A stretch of 64,000 nt of DNA from an uncultured Bacteroidales bacterium (GTDB taxonomy: Bacteria > Bacteroidota > Bacteroidia > Bacteroidales > FEN-979): the NCBI GenBank assembly GCA_903916595.1, contig CAIWXI010000135.1:8584-72583 (forward strand). The letters are read 5' to 3'. The notes beneath the pieces were generated by a model that ran no database searches, was not told the DNA's origin, and worked only from the letters and a program-made list of their open reading frames with translations. Positions within the stretch are counted from its first letter, which is position 1. Every line of letters begins with the position of its first letter. The position numbers were made by a program, and so were the translations under genes. Positions 45,051 through 53,807 of the stretch are shown piece by piece.

Positions 45051-47046
45051 CTCTCCTCTCCAGGTCCACCAGCGCGGTACTCGTCTCAACCATCTGGTTC
45101 AGTTTAACATTCACTTTCTGTACAATGCCGTCGGCAGGTGCTGTGATCATGTTTTCCATTTTCATAGCTTCGATGATCAGAAGCACTTTGCCTTTCTTTA
45201 CTTCGTCGCCCGGGTTTACGTTGATCTTGGTAACCTTGCCGGGCATAGGTGAAGTAATATGGCCTCCTTCCTGACCAACACTGTCAAACGAAGCGGCCGA
45301 TACAGTTTCGGTAAGAAGGTCGGCCCTCTGCATAGTGTAAAGGAAGCCGCCTGTACTCACGCAGCCCTGATTGCCTTTGTCTTCGCTTACATAAACCACG
45401 TGATCGTGCCCGTTGATTGTGCATGCCAGACGACCGCCGTTCCAGGTTTCGATAGCGCAGCTGTATGTGTTTCCCGAGATCTCAAAGCCGAAATTGTTGT
45501 TACCGCTCCGGCTCACTTTCACTTCAAGGCCCTTTGCTCCGGCTTTCAAACCGATCTTCATCAGGTTGCGCCAATAGCCTATCTGCTGCCAGACACTGGG
45601 TTTTTCGCAGCCTGATGCCAGCGAATTCGAGAGGCTTGCCATAAGGTAGCCCGTTACGGGAACATGCAGGGGGAACTTCTCTTTTTCTGATTCCATCGAA
45701 GCGACCAGGCCCTGAAGGTGTTCATCGATGAACCTGGTGGTTATGGCATTGCTTACAAATTCCTTGCTTTGCATTAAAGCTGTCAGGAAGGAAATATTGG
45801 TTTTTACACCGTGGATGACATAGTCCTGAAGCGCAGTAACCATGATCCTCGATGCTTCCTCCCGGTCTTCACCCCATACCACCAGCTTGCAGATCATGGG
45901 GTCGAAAGAACTTTTTATTTCGGTTTGGGCAGCGATTCCGGTGTCTATTCTTATTCCAGGAATGCACGGCTCCTTGTAAAGGCTCATTTTACCGGGCGAT
46001 GGCTGGAAATTGTTAGATGGGTCTTCAGCATAGATCCTGCATTCTATGGCATGCCCTCGCTGCATCACATCCTCTTGCCGTATCCTCATCGGATGCCCGG
46101 AAGCAATAAGGATCTGTTCTTCCACGATGTCGACACCGGTCACCATTTCCGTTACCGGATGCTCAACCTGGATGCGGGTGTTCATCTCGAGGAAGTAAAA
46201 GTTAAGGTCCTTGTCGACCAGGAATTCAATGGTCCCGGCGCTGGTATAGCCGGCTTCTTTTCCGATTTTCACGGCAGCTTCTCCCATTCTCAGGCGAACC
46301 TCAGAGCTCAGGGTGGGGGAGGGAGATTCTTCAATGATCTTTTGATAACGTCTCTGGATAGAGCATTCCCTTTCGAAAAGATGGATCACATTCCCATGCT
46401 CGTCGCCCAGTATCTGCACCTCGATATGCCTGGGCTCGACAATATATTTTTCGATGTAAACGGTTTCATCACCGAAATACGCTTTTGCCTGCCTGGCTGC
46501 ACTCTCAATAGCTTCTTCAAGTTCTTCAGGCTTGTACACTATTCGCATGCCTTTGCCTCCACCACCTGCAGCTGCTTTGAGCAAAACAGGAAAGCCGATT
46601 TTTGGCGCGGTCGAAATGAGTTCTTCTGCTCTACCGGTAACGCCTTCAGTGATTGGGATATTGATCTTTTTGGCGAAATTTCTGGCCTCAATTTTGTTCC
46701 CCATTACCTGCATCGCCACTGCATCGGGACCGATGAAAATAATGCCTGCATCATGGCAGGCTGCTACGAACAGCGGGTTCTCGGCCAGGAAGCCGTAGCC
46801 GGGATGTATGGCGTCGGCACCCGCCTTCTTTGCGGTCTCAACGATCTTCGCGATGTTCAGGTAAGTCTCGCTGAGCTCCGAATGCCCTATGCAAAAGGCT
46901 TCGTCGGCCTGGGCCACATGCAGGGAATCGTGGTCGATCTCAGAATACACCGCTACGGTCCGTATTCCCATCTTCTTCGCTGTACGTATGATCCTGCAGG
47001 CGATTTCGCCCCGGTTTGCTATTAATAACTTGCTGATTTGTTTCAT
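45046..47046 (-). CDS. Methylcrotonyl-CoA (acyl-CoA) carboxylase alpha subunit: biotin carboxylase plus biotinyl domain
   Basis: The ATG at 47046 gives MKQISKLLIANRGEIACRIIRT.... Has an ATP-grasp core and a C-terminal biotin attachment motif, EAMKME. Confidence 0.88.
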   Translation of the reverse strand: MKQISKLLIANRGEIACRIIRTAKKMGIRTVAVYSEIDHDSLHVAQADEAFCIGHSELSETYLNIAKIVETAKKAGADAIHPGYGFLAENPLFVAACHDAGIIFIGPDAVAMQVMGNKIEARNFAKKINIPITEGVTGRAEELISTAPKIGFPVLLKAAAGGGGKGMRIVYKPEELEEAIESAARQAKAYFGDETVYIEKYIVEPRHIEVQILGDEHGNVIHLFERECSIQRRYQKIIEESPSPTLSSEVRLRMGEAAVKIGKEAGYTSAGTIEFLVDKDLNFYFLEMNTRIQVEHPVTEMVTGVDIVEEQILIASGHPMRIRQEDVMQRGHAIECRIYAEDPSNNFQPSPGKMSLYKEPCIPGIRIDTGIAAQTEIKSSFDPMICKLVVWGEDREEASRIMVTALQDYVIHGVKTNISFLTALMQSKEFVSNAITTRFIDEHLQGLVASMESEKEKFPLHVPVTGYLMASLSNSLASGCEKPSVWQQIGYWRNLMKIGLKAGAKGLEVKVSRSGNNNFGFEISGNTYSCAIETWNGGRLACTINGHDHVVYVSEDKGNQGCVSTGGFLYTMQRADLLTETVSAASFDSVGQEGGHITSPMPGKVTKINVNPGDEVKKGKVLLIIEAMKMENMITAPADGIVQKVNVKLNQMVETSTALVDLERRE

Positions 47047-47059
47047 TACTTCAGTTTTT

Positions 47060-47137
47060 AAGTAGCGAAGTAGCGAAGTGGCGAGGTCGCGAAATTTCGC
47101 CATTTCACCATTTCGCTATTTCGCTATTTCGCTATTT
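47060..47137. repeat. Octamer-built imperfect palindrome: AAGTAGCG-type x5 facing CGCCATTT / CACCATTT / CGCTATTT x3
   Basis: The centre is gcgaaa|tttcgc at 47089-47100. Arms 47060-47094 and 47095-47129 give 35 positions: 28 Watson-Crick pairs, 5 G-T pairs on the plus strand and 2 mismatches. Contains the hydratase stop codon (47124-47126). Confidence 0.85.
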
Positions 47138-47924
47138 CTTTTACCCACCCCGGCTTTCTCTTCTCCAAAAACGCCTTCATCCCCTCCTGCCCCTCTTCCG
47201 AGACCCTGATCTCGGCGATCATGCGTGCCGTGTATTCAATAGCCTCCTTCATCGTAAGGGTGTTGGAGACTTTGTCGATAAGGGTTTTGCAGTGGCTCAT
47301 GGCGGCCGGACCGCTGCTTCTGAGCTCGGCAATGACCTTTTCCACCGCTGCATCGACTTCGGCAGCCGGAAGCGAACGGTTCACCAGCCTGAAGGACTCT
47401 GCTTCCTTACCCGAAATCCTGCGACCGGTAAGCATCAGCTCCCTGGCACCGTACTCGCCAACACGTTTGATCACGTAAGGCGAAATGCAGGCAGGCACAA
47501 TGCCGATCTTAACTTCCGAAAGCGAAAATACTGAATCATCGCTGCAATAAGCCATATCACAGGCTGACAGAAGTCCGTTTGCTCCACCCAGTACCGAACC
47601 ATGGGCCACAGCAATAGTCGGCTTTGCACACGTATATATCGTGTAAAAACATTCAGCCAGAAACAGGCTTTCCTGATAATTTTTTTCCCAGGAATTCTTT
47701 GCCACGTCTTTCATCCAGTTCAGGTCAATCCCTGCACAGAAACTTTTTCCGTTGCCGCGAAGCACAACACAGATAACCCCGTCCATACGCTGAATGCCTG
47801 TAAAAACATCGGTCAGCTCCTGCAGCATGAGCTCGTTGAAAGCATTGTGTTTCTCAGGCCGGTTCAGCCTGATCGTAAGCACCCTATTGGTGGTAAGCGT
47901 TTCAATCGTGTTGTATGCTTTCAT
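47124..47924 (-). CDS. Enoyl-CoA hydratase (methylglutaconyl-CoA hydratase by context)
   Basis: 266 aa of the crotonase fold (FCAGIDL, oxyanion-hole regions). Lies between the carboxylase subunits. Confidence 0.85.
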   Translation of the reverse strand: MKAYNTIETLTTNRVLTIRLNRPEKHNAFNELMLQELTDVFTGIQRMDGVICVVLRGNGKSFCAGIDLNWMKDVAKNSWEKNYQESLFLAECFYTIYTCAKPTIAVAHGSVLGGANGLLSACDMAYCSDDSVFSLSEVKIGIVPACISPYVIKRVGEYGARELMLTGRRISGKEAESFRLVNRSLPAAEVDAAVEKVIAELRSSGPAAMSHCKTLIDKVSNTLTMKEAIEYTARMIAEIRVSEEGQEGMKAFLEKRKPGWVKEIAK

Positions 47925-47944
47925 ATTTTAGAAATATTTGTTAA

Positions 47945-47983
47945 CTGGGTTACTGGGTTACTGGGTTACTGGGTTACTGGGTT
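47945..47983. repeat. Octamer array CTGGGTTA, about 4.9 copies
   Basis: Four perfect copies and one partial copy, starting 21 nt upstream of the hydratase ATG at 47924. Confidence 0.9.
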
Positions 47984-47994
47984 GAATCGAAATT

Positions 47995-48022
47995 CAAAGT
48001 TCGTTGTTCAATATTCGATATT
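47995..48022. repeat. Heptamers CAAAGTT CGTTGTT CAATATT CGATATT
   Basis: Same family as the arrays at 43882 and 44945. Confidence 0.7.
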
Positions 48023-48066
48023 CAAATGATTTTGGTCAGCACGAACAGGAAAAAGCCTTCCAATCC

Positions 48067-48101
48067 AACCCCCAATCCCCAACCCTCAATCCCCAACCCC
48101 T
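48067..48101. repeat. Heptamer array AA(C/T)CCCC x5 (G-rich on the minus strand)
   Basis: The minus strand reads TAGGGGTTGGGGATTGAGGGTTGGGGATTGGGGGTT. It begins with the stop codon of the carboxyltransferase gene. Confidence 0.9.
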
Positions 48102-49707
48102 ACATCCTAAACACCCCGTACTCTGTCTTGTCATACTTCTTATTCCGGCTTACAGCAATAGCCATTGCAAGCATCTTACGGGTGTCGGCAGGGTCTATGA
48201 TCCCGTCGTCCCAAAGCCTTGCCGTGCTGTAATAAGCCGAACCTTCATGATTATATTTTTGTAATATGCCGTCGAGCATCTTTTGCTTTTCTTCTGCGGA
48301 TAGGGCTTTCCCCTGTGCCCTAAGCTGGTCTTCCTTTACCGTGATAAGTACATTGGCTGCCTGTTCTCCCCCCATAACCGATATTTTTGAACTGGGGTAC
48401 ATCCACAGGAACCGGGGTTCGTAAGCTCTTCCGGCCATGGCGTAATTGCCGGCGCCAAACGAACCTCCGAAGATCAGGGTGAACTTGGGCACGTTGGCAT
48501 TGGCAACGGCATGCACGAACTTGGCCCCGTCGCGTGCAATGCCAGCTCTCTCGTATTGCTTTCCAACGATGAACCCGGTCACGTTCTGCATGAACAGGAT
48601 AGGAATATTCCTCGAGGTGCAGAGCTCGACGAAATGGGCTCCTTTAAGGGCTGTCTCACCGAAAAGCACACCGTTGTTCGCGATGATACCTATCGGGAGC
48701 CCCATAATATGGGCGAAACCCGTGACAATGGTCGGTGCATACCGCTCCTTGAACTCGTGGAACAGGCTTCCGTCGACGATTCTGGCGATGATCTCACGCG
48801 CATCCACCGGTTTTTTCAGGTCGAGCGGGAGTATACCGTACAACTCATCCGCAGGATAAAATGGTTCCTGAATTTTCTGCATCTGAAGCTCCTGAAACTC
48901 CCGCCTCCGTATCGATTCAAAGATATTCCTGCAGATCTGTATCGCGTGCTCGTCGTTCATCGCAAGGTGGTCGGCAACACCGGAAATGCTGGTATGCACA
49001 TCGGCTCCGCCAAGGTCCTCGGCGCTGACTTCCTCGCCTGTGGCAGCCTTCACCAATGGCGGACCGCCAATGAAAATAGTCCCCTGCTTGCGCACGATGA
49101 TGGTCTCGTCGCTCATGGCAGGCACGTAAGCCCCGCCTGCAGTACAGGATCCCATAACTACCGCTATCTGCGGAATGCCTTTGGAAGACAAGCGGGCCTG
49201 GTTGAAGAAAAATCTTCCGAAATCATATTTGTCGGGAAACACCGAAGCCTGCTCGTGAAGGAAAACACCCCCGGAATCGACCAGATACACACACGGCAAA
49301 CGATTTTCAAGAGCGATCTCCTGGGCACGTACATGCTTCTTGATGCCTTCCTTCATGTAAGTGCCCCCTTTGACCGTTGCGTCATTTGCCACGATCATCG
49401 TCTCCATGCCATGGATCACTCCGATGCCGGTGATCACCCCGGCCGAAGGAAATTCGTTGTTGTAAAGATCATAGGCTGCAAGCGCAGAGAGTTCCATGAA
49501 TGGAGTGTTTCTGTCGACCAGAAGGTCTATCCTCTCCCTGGCCAGCAGTTTGCCCCTTTCTTTATGGCGTTTGACGGATTGCTCCGAGCCGCCTTCCTTC
49601 ACTTTTTCGAGGGTCTGCCTGTAAATATTCAGAATTTTCAGGTATTCTTCCTTGTTTTTCAGGAATTCAGGGGAAGAAGTATCTATTTTACTTTCAATAC
49701 GAAACAT
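48100..49707 (-). CDS. Methylcrotonyl-CoA carboxylase beta subunit (carboxyltransferase)
   Basis: 535 aa. Full-length carboxyl_trans family sequence (GGAYVPAMSD..., GSFGAGNYAM...). Confidence 0.9.
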   Translation of the reverse strand: MFRIESKIDTSSPEFLKNKEEYLKILNIYRQTLEKVKEGGSEQSVKRHKERGKLLARERIDLLVDRNTPFMELSALAAYDLYNNEFPSAGVITGIGVIHGMETMIVANDATVKGGTYMKEGIKKHVRAQEIALENRLPCVYLVDSGGVFLHEQASVFPDKYDFGRFFFNQARLSSKGIPQIAVVMGSCTAGGAYVPAMSDETIIVRKQGTIFIGGPPLVKAATGEEVSAEDLGGADVHTSISGVADHLAMNDEHAIQICRNIFESIRRREFQELQMQKIQEPFYPADELYGILPLDLKKPVDAREIIARIVDGSLFHEFKERYAPTIVTGFAHIMGLPIGIIANNGVLFGETALKGAHFVELCTSRNIPILFMQNVTGFIVGKQYERAGIARDGAKFVHAVANANVPKFTLIFGGSFGAGNYAMAGRAYEPRFLWMYPSSKISVMGGEQAANVLITVKEDQLRAQGKALSAEEKQKMLDGILQKYNHEGSAYYSTARLWDDGIIDPADTRKMLAMAIAVSRNKKYDKTEYGVFRM

Positions 49708-49779
49708 AAATCTAAAATATCAGGCATCTAATTTAGAAACAATTTTAATAAAATGAAATCATCCTGCATCAAAATCATC

Positions 49780-49787
49780 TAATTTTG
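49780..49787 (+). promoter_or_regulatory. -7 box TAATTTTG
   Basis: Matches TAnnTTTG but ends only 8 nt before the ATG at 49796. This implies a near-leaderless mRNA or a downstream true start. Confidence 0.3.
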
Positions 49788-49795
49788 GTGTCGGA

Positions 49796-51784
49796 ATGAA
49801 TGAAAAGGGAATAAATACAGCTAACGAAGTACAATGGGAGAGTCTTCTGGACGATACCCGGCTGGCTGAAGGAAAACCTTTGCTGGAAAGGGCATTGACA
49901 TATATTCAGCAGGAATCTTTTAAAGCCGAATTCCCGGCACTGCTAAACGCTTCTTTCGAGATCTCTTTCATCCTGCTTTGTGAAATGAACCAGGATGCCG
50001 AGACCATGGTGGCCGTGATGCTAAAGGAGATTCTTGACAAAGGCAGGATCAGCCTGCAGCAGATCATCACTGATTATGGCAAGAGTGTTGGCGGACTTCT
50101 TGAAGGTTTGCAAAAGATTGACCGCTTCGATACCCGCAAAGCCCACACCAACGTTGAGAACTTTATTAAACTGCTGCTTACCAGTTCCGATGATATACGG
50201 GTTATCCTGGTCCGCATTGCCCAGAAATTGTATGCTCTGCGCCATATTGAAGTAGCAGAGCCGGACTATCAGGCCGAAATATTGAAAGAAGTCCACATGC
50301 TCTATCTCCCGATCACTCACCGTATCGGGCTATACAGACTGAAGACGGAATTTGAGGATCGCATCATGCAGTACGCAAAACCTGATATTTACCATCTTAT
50401 CGAACAGAAACTAGTCGAGACCCGCGCCGACCGCGACAGGTTTACCCGTGATTTCATCCGCCCGATAGAAGAAATATTGGTTGAGCATGGTCTGAAATGC
50501 GAGATCCGGAGCCGTATCAAATCCATACCTTCCATTAACCGCAAGATGCAGGCACAGAAAGTAGAGTTCGAGAAGGTGTACGACCTTTTTGCCATACGAA
50601 TAATACTTAATGAAGTTGTTGAAAGCGAGAAGGCCGACTGCTGGAAGATCTATTCCCTGGTCACTGATTTTTACACGCCTAATCCCCGCCGCCTTCGCGA
50701 CTGGATCTCTTTCCCGAAATCAACCGGTTATGAATCTCTTCATTCTACGGTGATAGGTCCGGAAGGCCGATGGGTGGAAGTCCAGATACGTACCCGCCGC
50801 ATGGATGAGGTGGCTGAGAAAGGCCTTGCGGCTCACTGGAAATACAAGGCAGGGGAGAAACCGAAAGGAGAGACGGACTTGTTTACCGCTATCAGGGAGA
50901 TGCTCGAAACCCCAGTGAATAACCAGGGAATGACTACCAACAAAGAGAAAAGGGCTCTTTACTCCGACGAGATCTTTATCTTCACTCCCATGGGCGACCT
51001 TAAAAGGCTTAAAAACGGGTACACGGTGCTTGATTTTGCTTTTGAAGTCCATACAACCATAGGCCATACCTGCACCGGCGCTATTGTGAACGGGAAGATC
51101 GTCCCCTTGAAATATACTCTCAGGAATGGGGATACGGTGAAGATCCTGACTTCGAGAAACCAGAAGCCGAACTCTGGATGGCTGGAGTTCGTGCGAAGTC
51201 CGCGCAACATCGCCAGGGTCAAGCATGCCCTGAAGATGGAACAGTATAAGGATGCTGACCAGGGCAAGGAGATCATTAAGAATAAAGTCCTCCAGCTGGA
51301 GATGGAATTCACCGACCTGGTGATCCAGAGGCTTGTCGATGCATTTGAATGCGAGAACTACCTTGAGCTTTACCAGAGATTCGGCGAAGGAAAGCTTGAT
51401 CCGCTAAAGATCAAGAAGGCCCTGACGGAGCAAAAGCCTGCTGTTGTTGCTGAACCCCCGCCCGAAGAAAAGTTTCCGGAGAATATTTCAAAAGTGCTTT
51501 CGGGCGACAAAGAATACCTGATCATCGACAACCGCAGCGAATCTTTCCATTACCAGTTTGCAAAATGCTGCAGTCCCGCGCCGGGAAGCAAAATATTTGC
51601 CTTTGTGAGTGTTTACCAGGGAGTGAAGATCCATCGTACTGACTGCCCGAACTCACGACAGCTTATCATGCGTTATCCATACAGGATTCTGGATGCAAAA
51701 TGGAAGACCTCAATCGCAATGGAAACAGGACTACCTTTAAATTTGGAAAAAAATCATCCTGACAGGAAAAAGAACAGAAAATGA
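49796..51784 (+). CDS. relA: RelA-like long RSH (p)ppGpp synthetase with a degenerate hydrolase domain
   Basis: The synthetase core is YDLFAIRIIL...GYESLHSTVIGPEGRWVEVQIRTRRMDEVAEKGLAAHWKYK. A TGS domain and a Cys-rich region are present. HD-domain residues are replaced (MLKEILDKG where LLHDVIEDT is expected). Confidence 0.85.
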   Translation: MNEKGINTANEVQWESLLDDTRLAEGKPLLERALTYIQQESFKAEFPALLNASFEISFILLCEMNQDAETMVAVMLKEILDKGRISLQQIITDYGKSVGGLLEGLQKIDRFDTRKAHTNVENFIKLLLTSSDDIRVILVRIAQKLYALRHIEVAEPDYQAEILKEVHMLYLPITHRIGLYRLKTEFEDRIMQYAKPDIYHLIEQKLVETRADRDRFTRDFIRPIEEILVEHGLKCEIRSRIKSIPSINRKMQAQKVEFEKVYDLFAIRIILNEVVESEKADCWKIYSLVTDFYTPNPRRLRDWISFPKSTGYESLHSTVIGPEGRWVEVQIRTRRMDEVAEKGLAAHWKYKAGEKPKGETDLFTAIREMLETPVNNQGMTTNKEKRALYSDEIFIFTPMGDLKRLKNGYTVLDFAFEVHTTIGHTCTGAIVNGKIVPLKYTLRNGDTVKILTSRNQKPNSGWLEFVRSPRNIARVKHALKMEQYKDADQGKEIIKNKVLQLEMEFTDLVIQRLVDAFECENYLELYQRFGEGKLDPLKIKKALTEQKPAVVAEPPPEEKFPENISKVLSGDKEYLIIDNRSESFHYQFAKCCSPAPGSKIFAFVSVYQGVKIHRTDCPNSRQLIMRYPYRILDAKWKTSIAMETGLPLNLEKNHPDRKKNRK

Positions 51785-52548
51785 ATTCTGAAGCAGTCAT
51801 ACGGGTAAAGAATGTGCATAAATCCTTTAAAACGGTTCATGCCGTGAGAGGGATCGACCTGGATATTCATCCGGGGCAGTTTGTGGCGCTGCTTGGTCCC
51901 AACGGAGCCGGCAAGACCACCCTGGTCGAGATGATTGAAGGAATACAGAAGCCCGACAGAGGGGAGATCCTGATCACCGGGAAACCCTGGAGGGGGAACG
52001 AGAAAGAGCTCCGTAAGATCATCGGGCTTTCACTTCAGGAAACCCGCTTCATCGATAAACTCAGGCTGTTCGAGACTCTGAGGCTGTTCGCCAGTTTTTT
52101 CGGGCTTGGAAAGGAGCGTTGCGAAGAAGTTATGAACCTTGTAGGGCTGGAGGAGAAACGACAAGCGTATGTGGTCAATCTTTCGGGCGGACAGCGTCAG
52201 AGGCTGGCTCTCGGTGTGGCTCTGTTGAACAAGCCGAAGATCCTGCTGCTTGATGAACCGACCACGGGGCTAGATCCCCAGGCCAGAAGGGAGGTGTGGA
52301 TGATTTTGAAAAAGCTGAAGGATGCTTCTTCGACCTCACTCATCCTCACAACCCATTATATGGAAGAAGCCGAACAGCTCTGCGATTATATCGTGATCAT
52401 CGACCATGGGACGATTCTGAAAGAAGGCACACTGCCTGACCTGCTCGGAACCTCATCCGCAGTCACGAAAAAGGAAGAATATCATGGCCCGCCAAGGAAT
52501 CTTGACGAACTTTTCATTGAGCTTACGGGGAGGCATTTAAATGAATAA
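51781..52548 (+). CDS. ABC transporter ATP-binding protein (ABC-2 type)
   Basis: Has Walker A GPNGAGKT, the signature LSGGQRQR and Walker B LLLDEP. Its ATG overlaps the relA-like stop in ATGA. Confidence 0.9.
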   Translation: MNSEAVIRVKNVHKSFKTVHAVRGIDLDIHPGQFVALLGPNGAGKTTLVEMIEGIQKPDRGEILITGKPWRGNEKELRKIIGLSLQETRFIDKLRLFETLRLFASFFGLGKERCEEVMNLVGLEEKRQAYVVNLSGGQRQRLALGVALLNKPKILLLDEPTTGLDPQARREVWMILKKLKDASSTSLILTTHYMEEAEQLCDYIVIIDHGTILKEGTLPDLLGTSSAVTKKEEYHGPPRNLDELFIELTGRHLNE

Positions 52549-52579
52549 AATGGTGAAATGGTGAAATGGTGAAATGGTT
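52548..52579. repeat. Octamer array AAATGGTG x3 plus AAATGGTT
   Basis: This is the reverse-complement family of CACCATTT. It overlaps the last base of the TAA stop (52546-52548) and contains the permease ATG at 52566. Confidence 0.9.
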
Positions 52580-53708
52580 AAATAGCCAACTTTGGCAGCT
52601 CATCCTTGCCAACGCCCGTGAACTGCTTCGCGAGCCGGCGGTTCTGTTCTGGGGAATTGTGTTTCCTATCCTGATGTCGCTGGGGCTTGGCGTCGCATTT
52701 ACTAAAAAGAAAGATGTAACTGTGAATATCGCCGTGATTGGGCGTAACCATCTGGTTCAGGCGCCGGGCGACAGCGCTTCGGTGATCCGTAATTTTTTAC
52801 AGGATAACAGGGCAGCGCTCAGGGTCGGTAAAGACGGTGCTCTGTCACGTGAACTCAGGGTGCCGGATGATAAGCTGGGTGGGACAACATATATTTTCGA
52901 AAATATGGATTGGAATACGGCCATGGTTTCGCTGAAGCGGGGTAATCTGAATCTTGTGATGGATGAAGACAATGGGCAGATAAGCTACCATTTCGACCCT
53001 ATGAACCCTGATGCACAGCTGACCTACCTGAAGTTTTCCAAACTGATGAAAGAACCTGGCATGCTGATAAAGCCTTCGGAGACTGAGATCAGGCCGCTTA
53101 CTGTTAACGGTACTCGTTATATTGACTTTCTTGTACCCGGACTGATCTGCATGGGGGTGATGATGTCGTGCATGTGGGGTGTGAGTTATGATATCATCGA
53201 AAAACGTTCCAAGAAGCTTCTTCGAAGGATGATTGCAACTCCCATGAAACGTTCGAATTTCCTGGTGGCGCTGATTACAGTTAGGATAACAATGAATTTC
53301 ATGGAGGCCGGATTGTTACTTTTCTTTAGCTGGCTGGTTTTCGATATTACTATTCAGGGAAGTGTTCCCGCGCTTCTGCTGTTTTTTATTTCGGGCAACA
53401 TTGCTTTTGCCGGCATTGCCGTATTCCTTTCATGTAATACTTCCAAAACAGAGATCGGCAATGGCTTGATAAACCTGATAAGCATGCCTATGATGGTGCT
53501 TTCGGGTATCTTTTTTTCGTATCATAACTTTCCTGCCTGGAGCTTGCCGGTAATCAGGAAATTCCCACTCACTATGATGGCCGATGGAGTTCGAGGCATC
53601 TTCATTGAAAGCACTGGATTTTCGCAAGTCCTCCTGCCTGCAGCAATCATGCTCGCTATTGGAGTCGTGTTTTTTACTGCCGGGCTGAAGCTTTTCAAAT
53701 GGCATTGA
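52566..53708 (+). CDS. ABC-2 type transporter permease
   Basis: 380 aa. It has an N-terminal TM helix, a large loop and a six-helix ABC-2 membrane domain. Confidence 0.85.
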   Translation: MVKWLNSQLWQLILANARELLREPAVLFWGIVFPILMSLGLGVAFTKKKDVTVNIAVIGRNHLVQAPGDSASVIRNFLQDNRAALRVGKDGALSRELRVPDDKLGGTTYIFENMDWNTAMVSLKRGNLNLVMDEDNGQISYHFDPMNPDAQLTYLKFSKLMKEPGMLIKPSETEIRPLTVNGTRYIDFLVPGLICMGVMMSCMWGVSYDIIEKRSKKLLRRMIATPMKRSNFLVALITVRITMNFMEAGLLLFFSWLVFDITIQGSVPALLLFFISGNIAFAGIAVFLSCNTSKTEIGNGLINLISMPMMVLSGIFFSYHNFPAWSLPVIRKFPLTMMADGVRGIFIESTGFSQVLLPAAIMLAIGVVFFTAGLKLFKWH

Positions 53709-53807
53709 TCTGTTATTATTCAAGTTAGCAGATTTCAGAACCTTTCATTATGAAATTACTTGCTTTTTCCCTTGGAATTTCGTAACTTGGCTTCAAATCG
53801 CCGGGTT

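Noticed and set aside
45811-47025. Long antisense ORFs: 404 aa here, 406 aa at 48511-49731, 244 aa at 37760-38494, 286 aa at 57508-58368 and 209 aa at 42024-42653
   Set aside because: Each lies entirely opposite a gene with clear family motifs (carboxylase subunits, GH35, D-TA/DPP-IV, acyl-CoA dehydrogenase). Their translations are low-complexity or Arg/His/Cys-rich with no recognisable motifs. Such shadow ORFs are typical.
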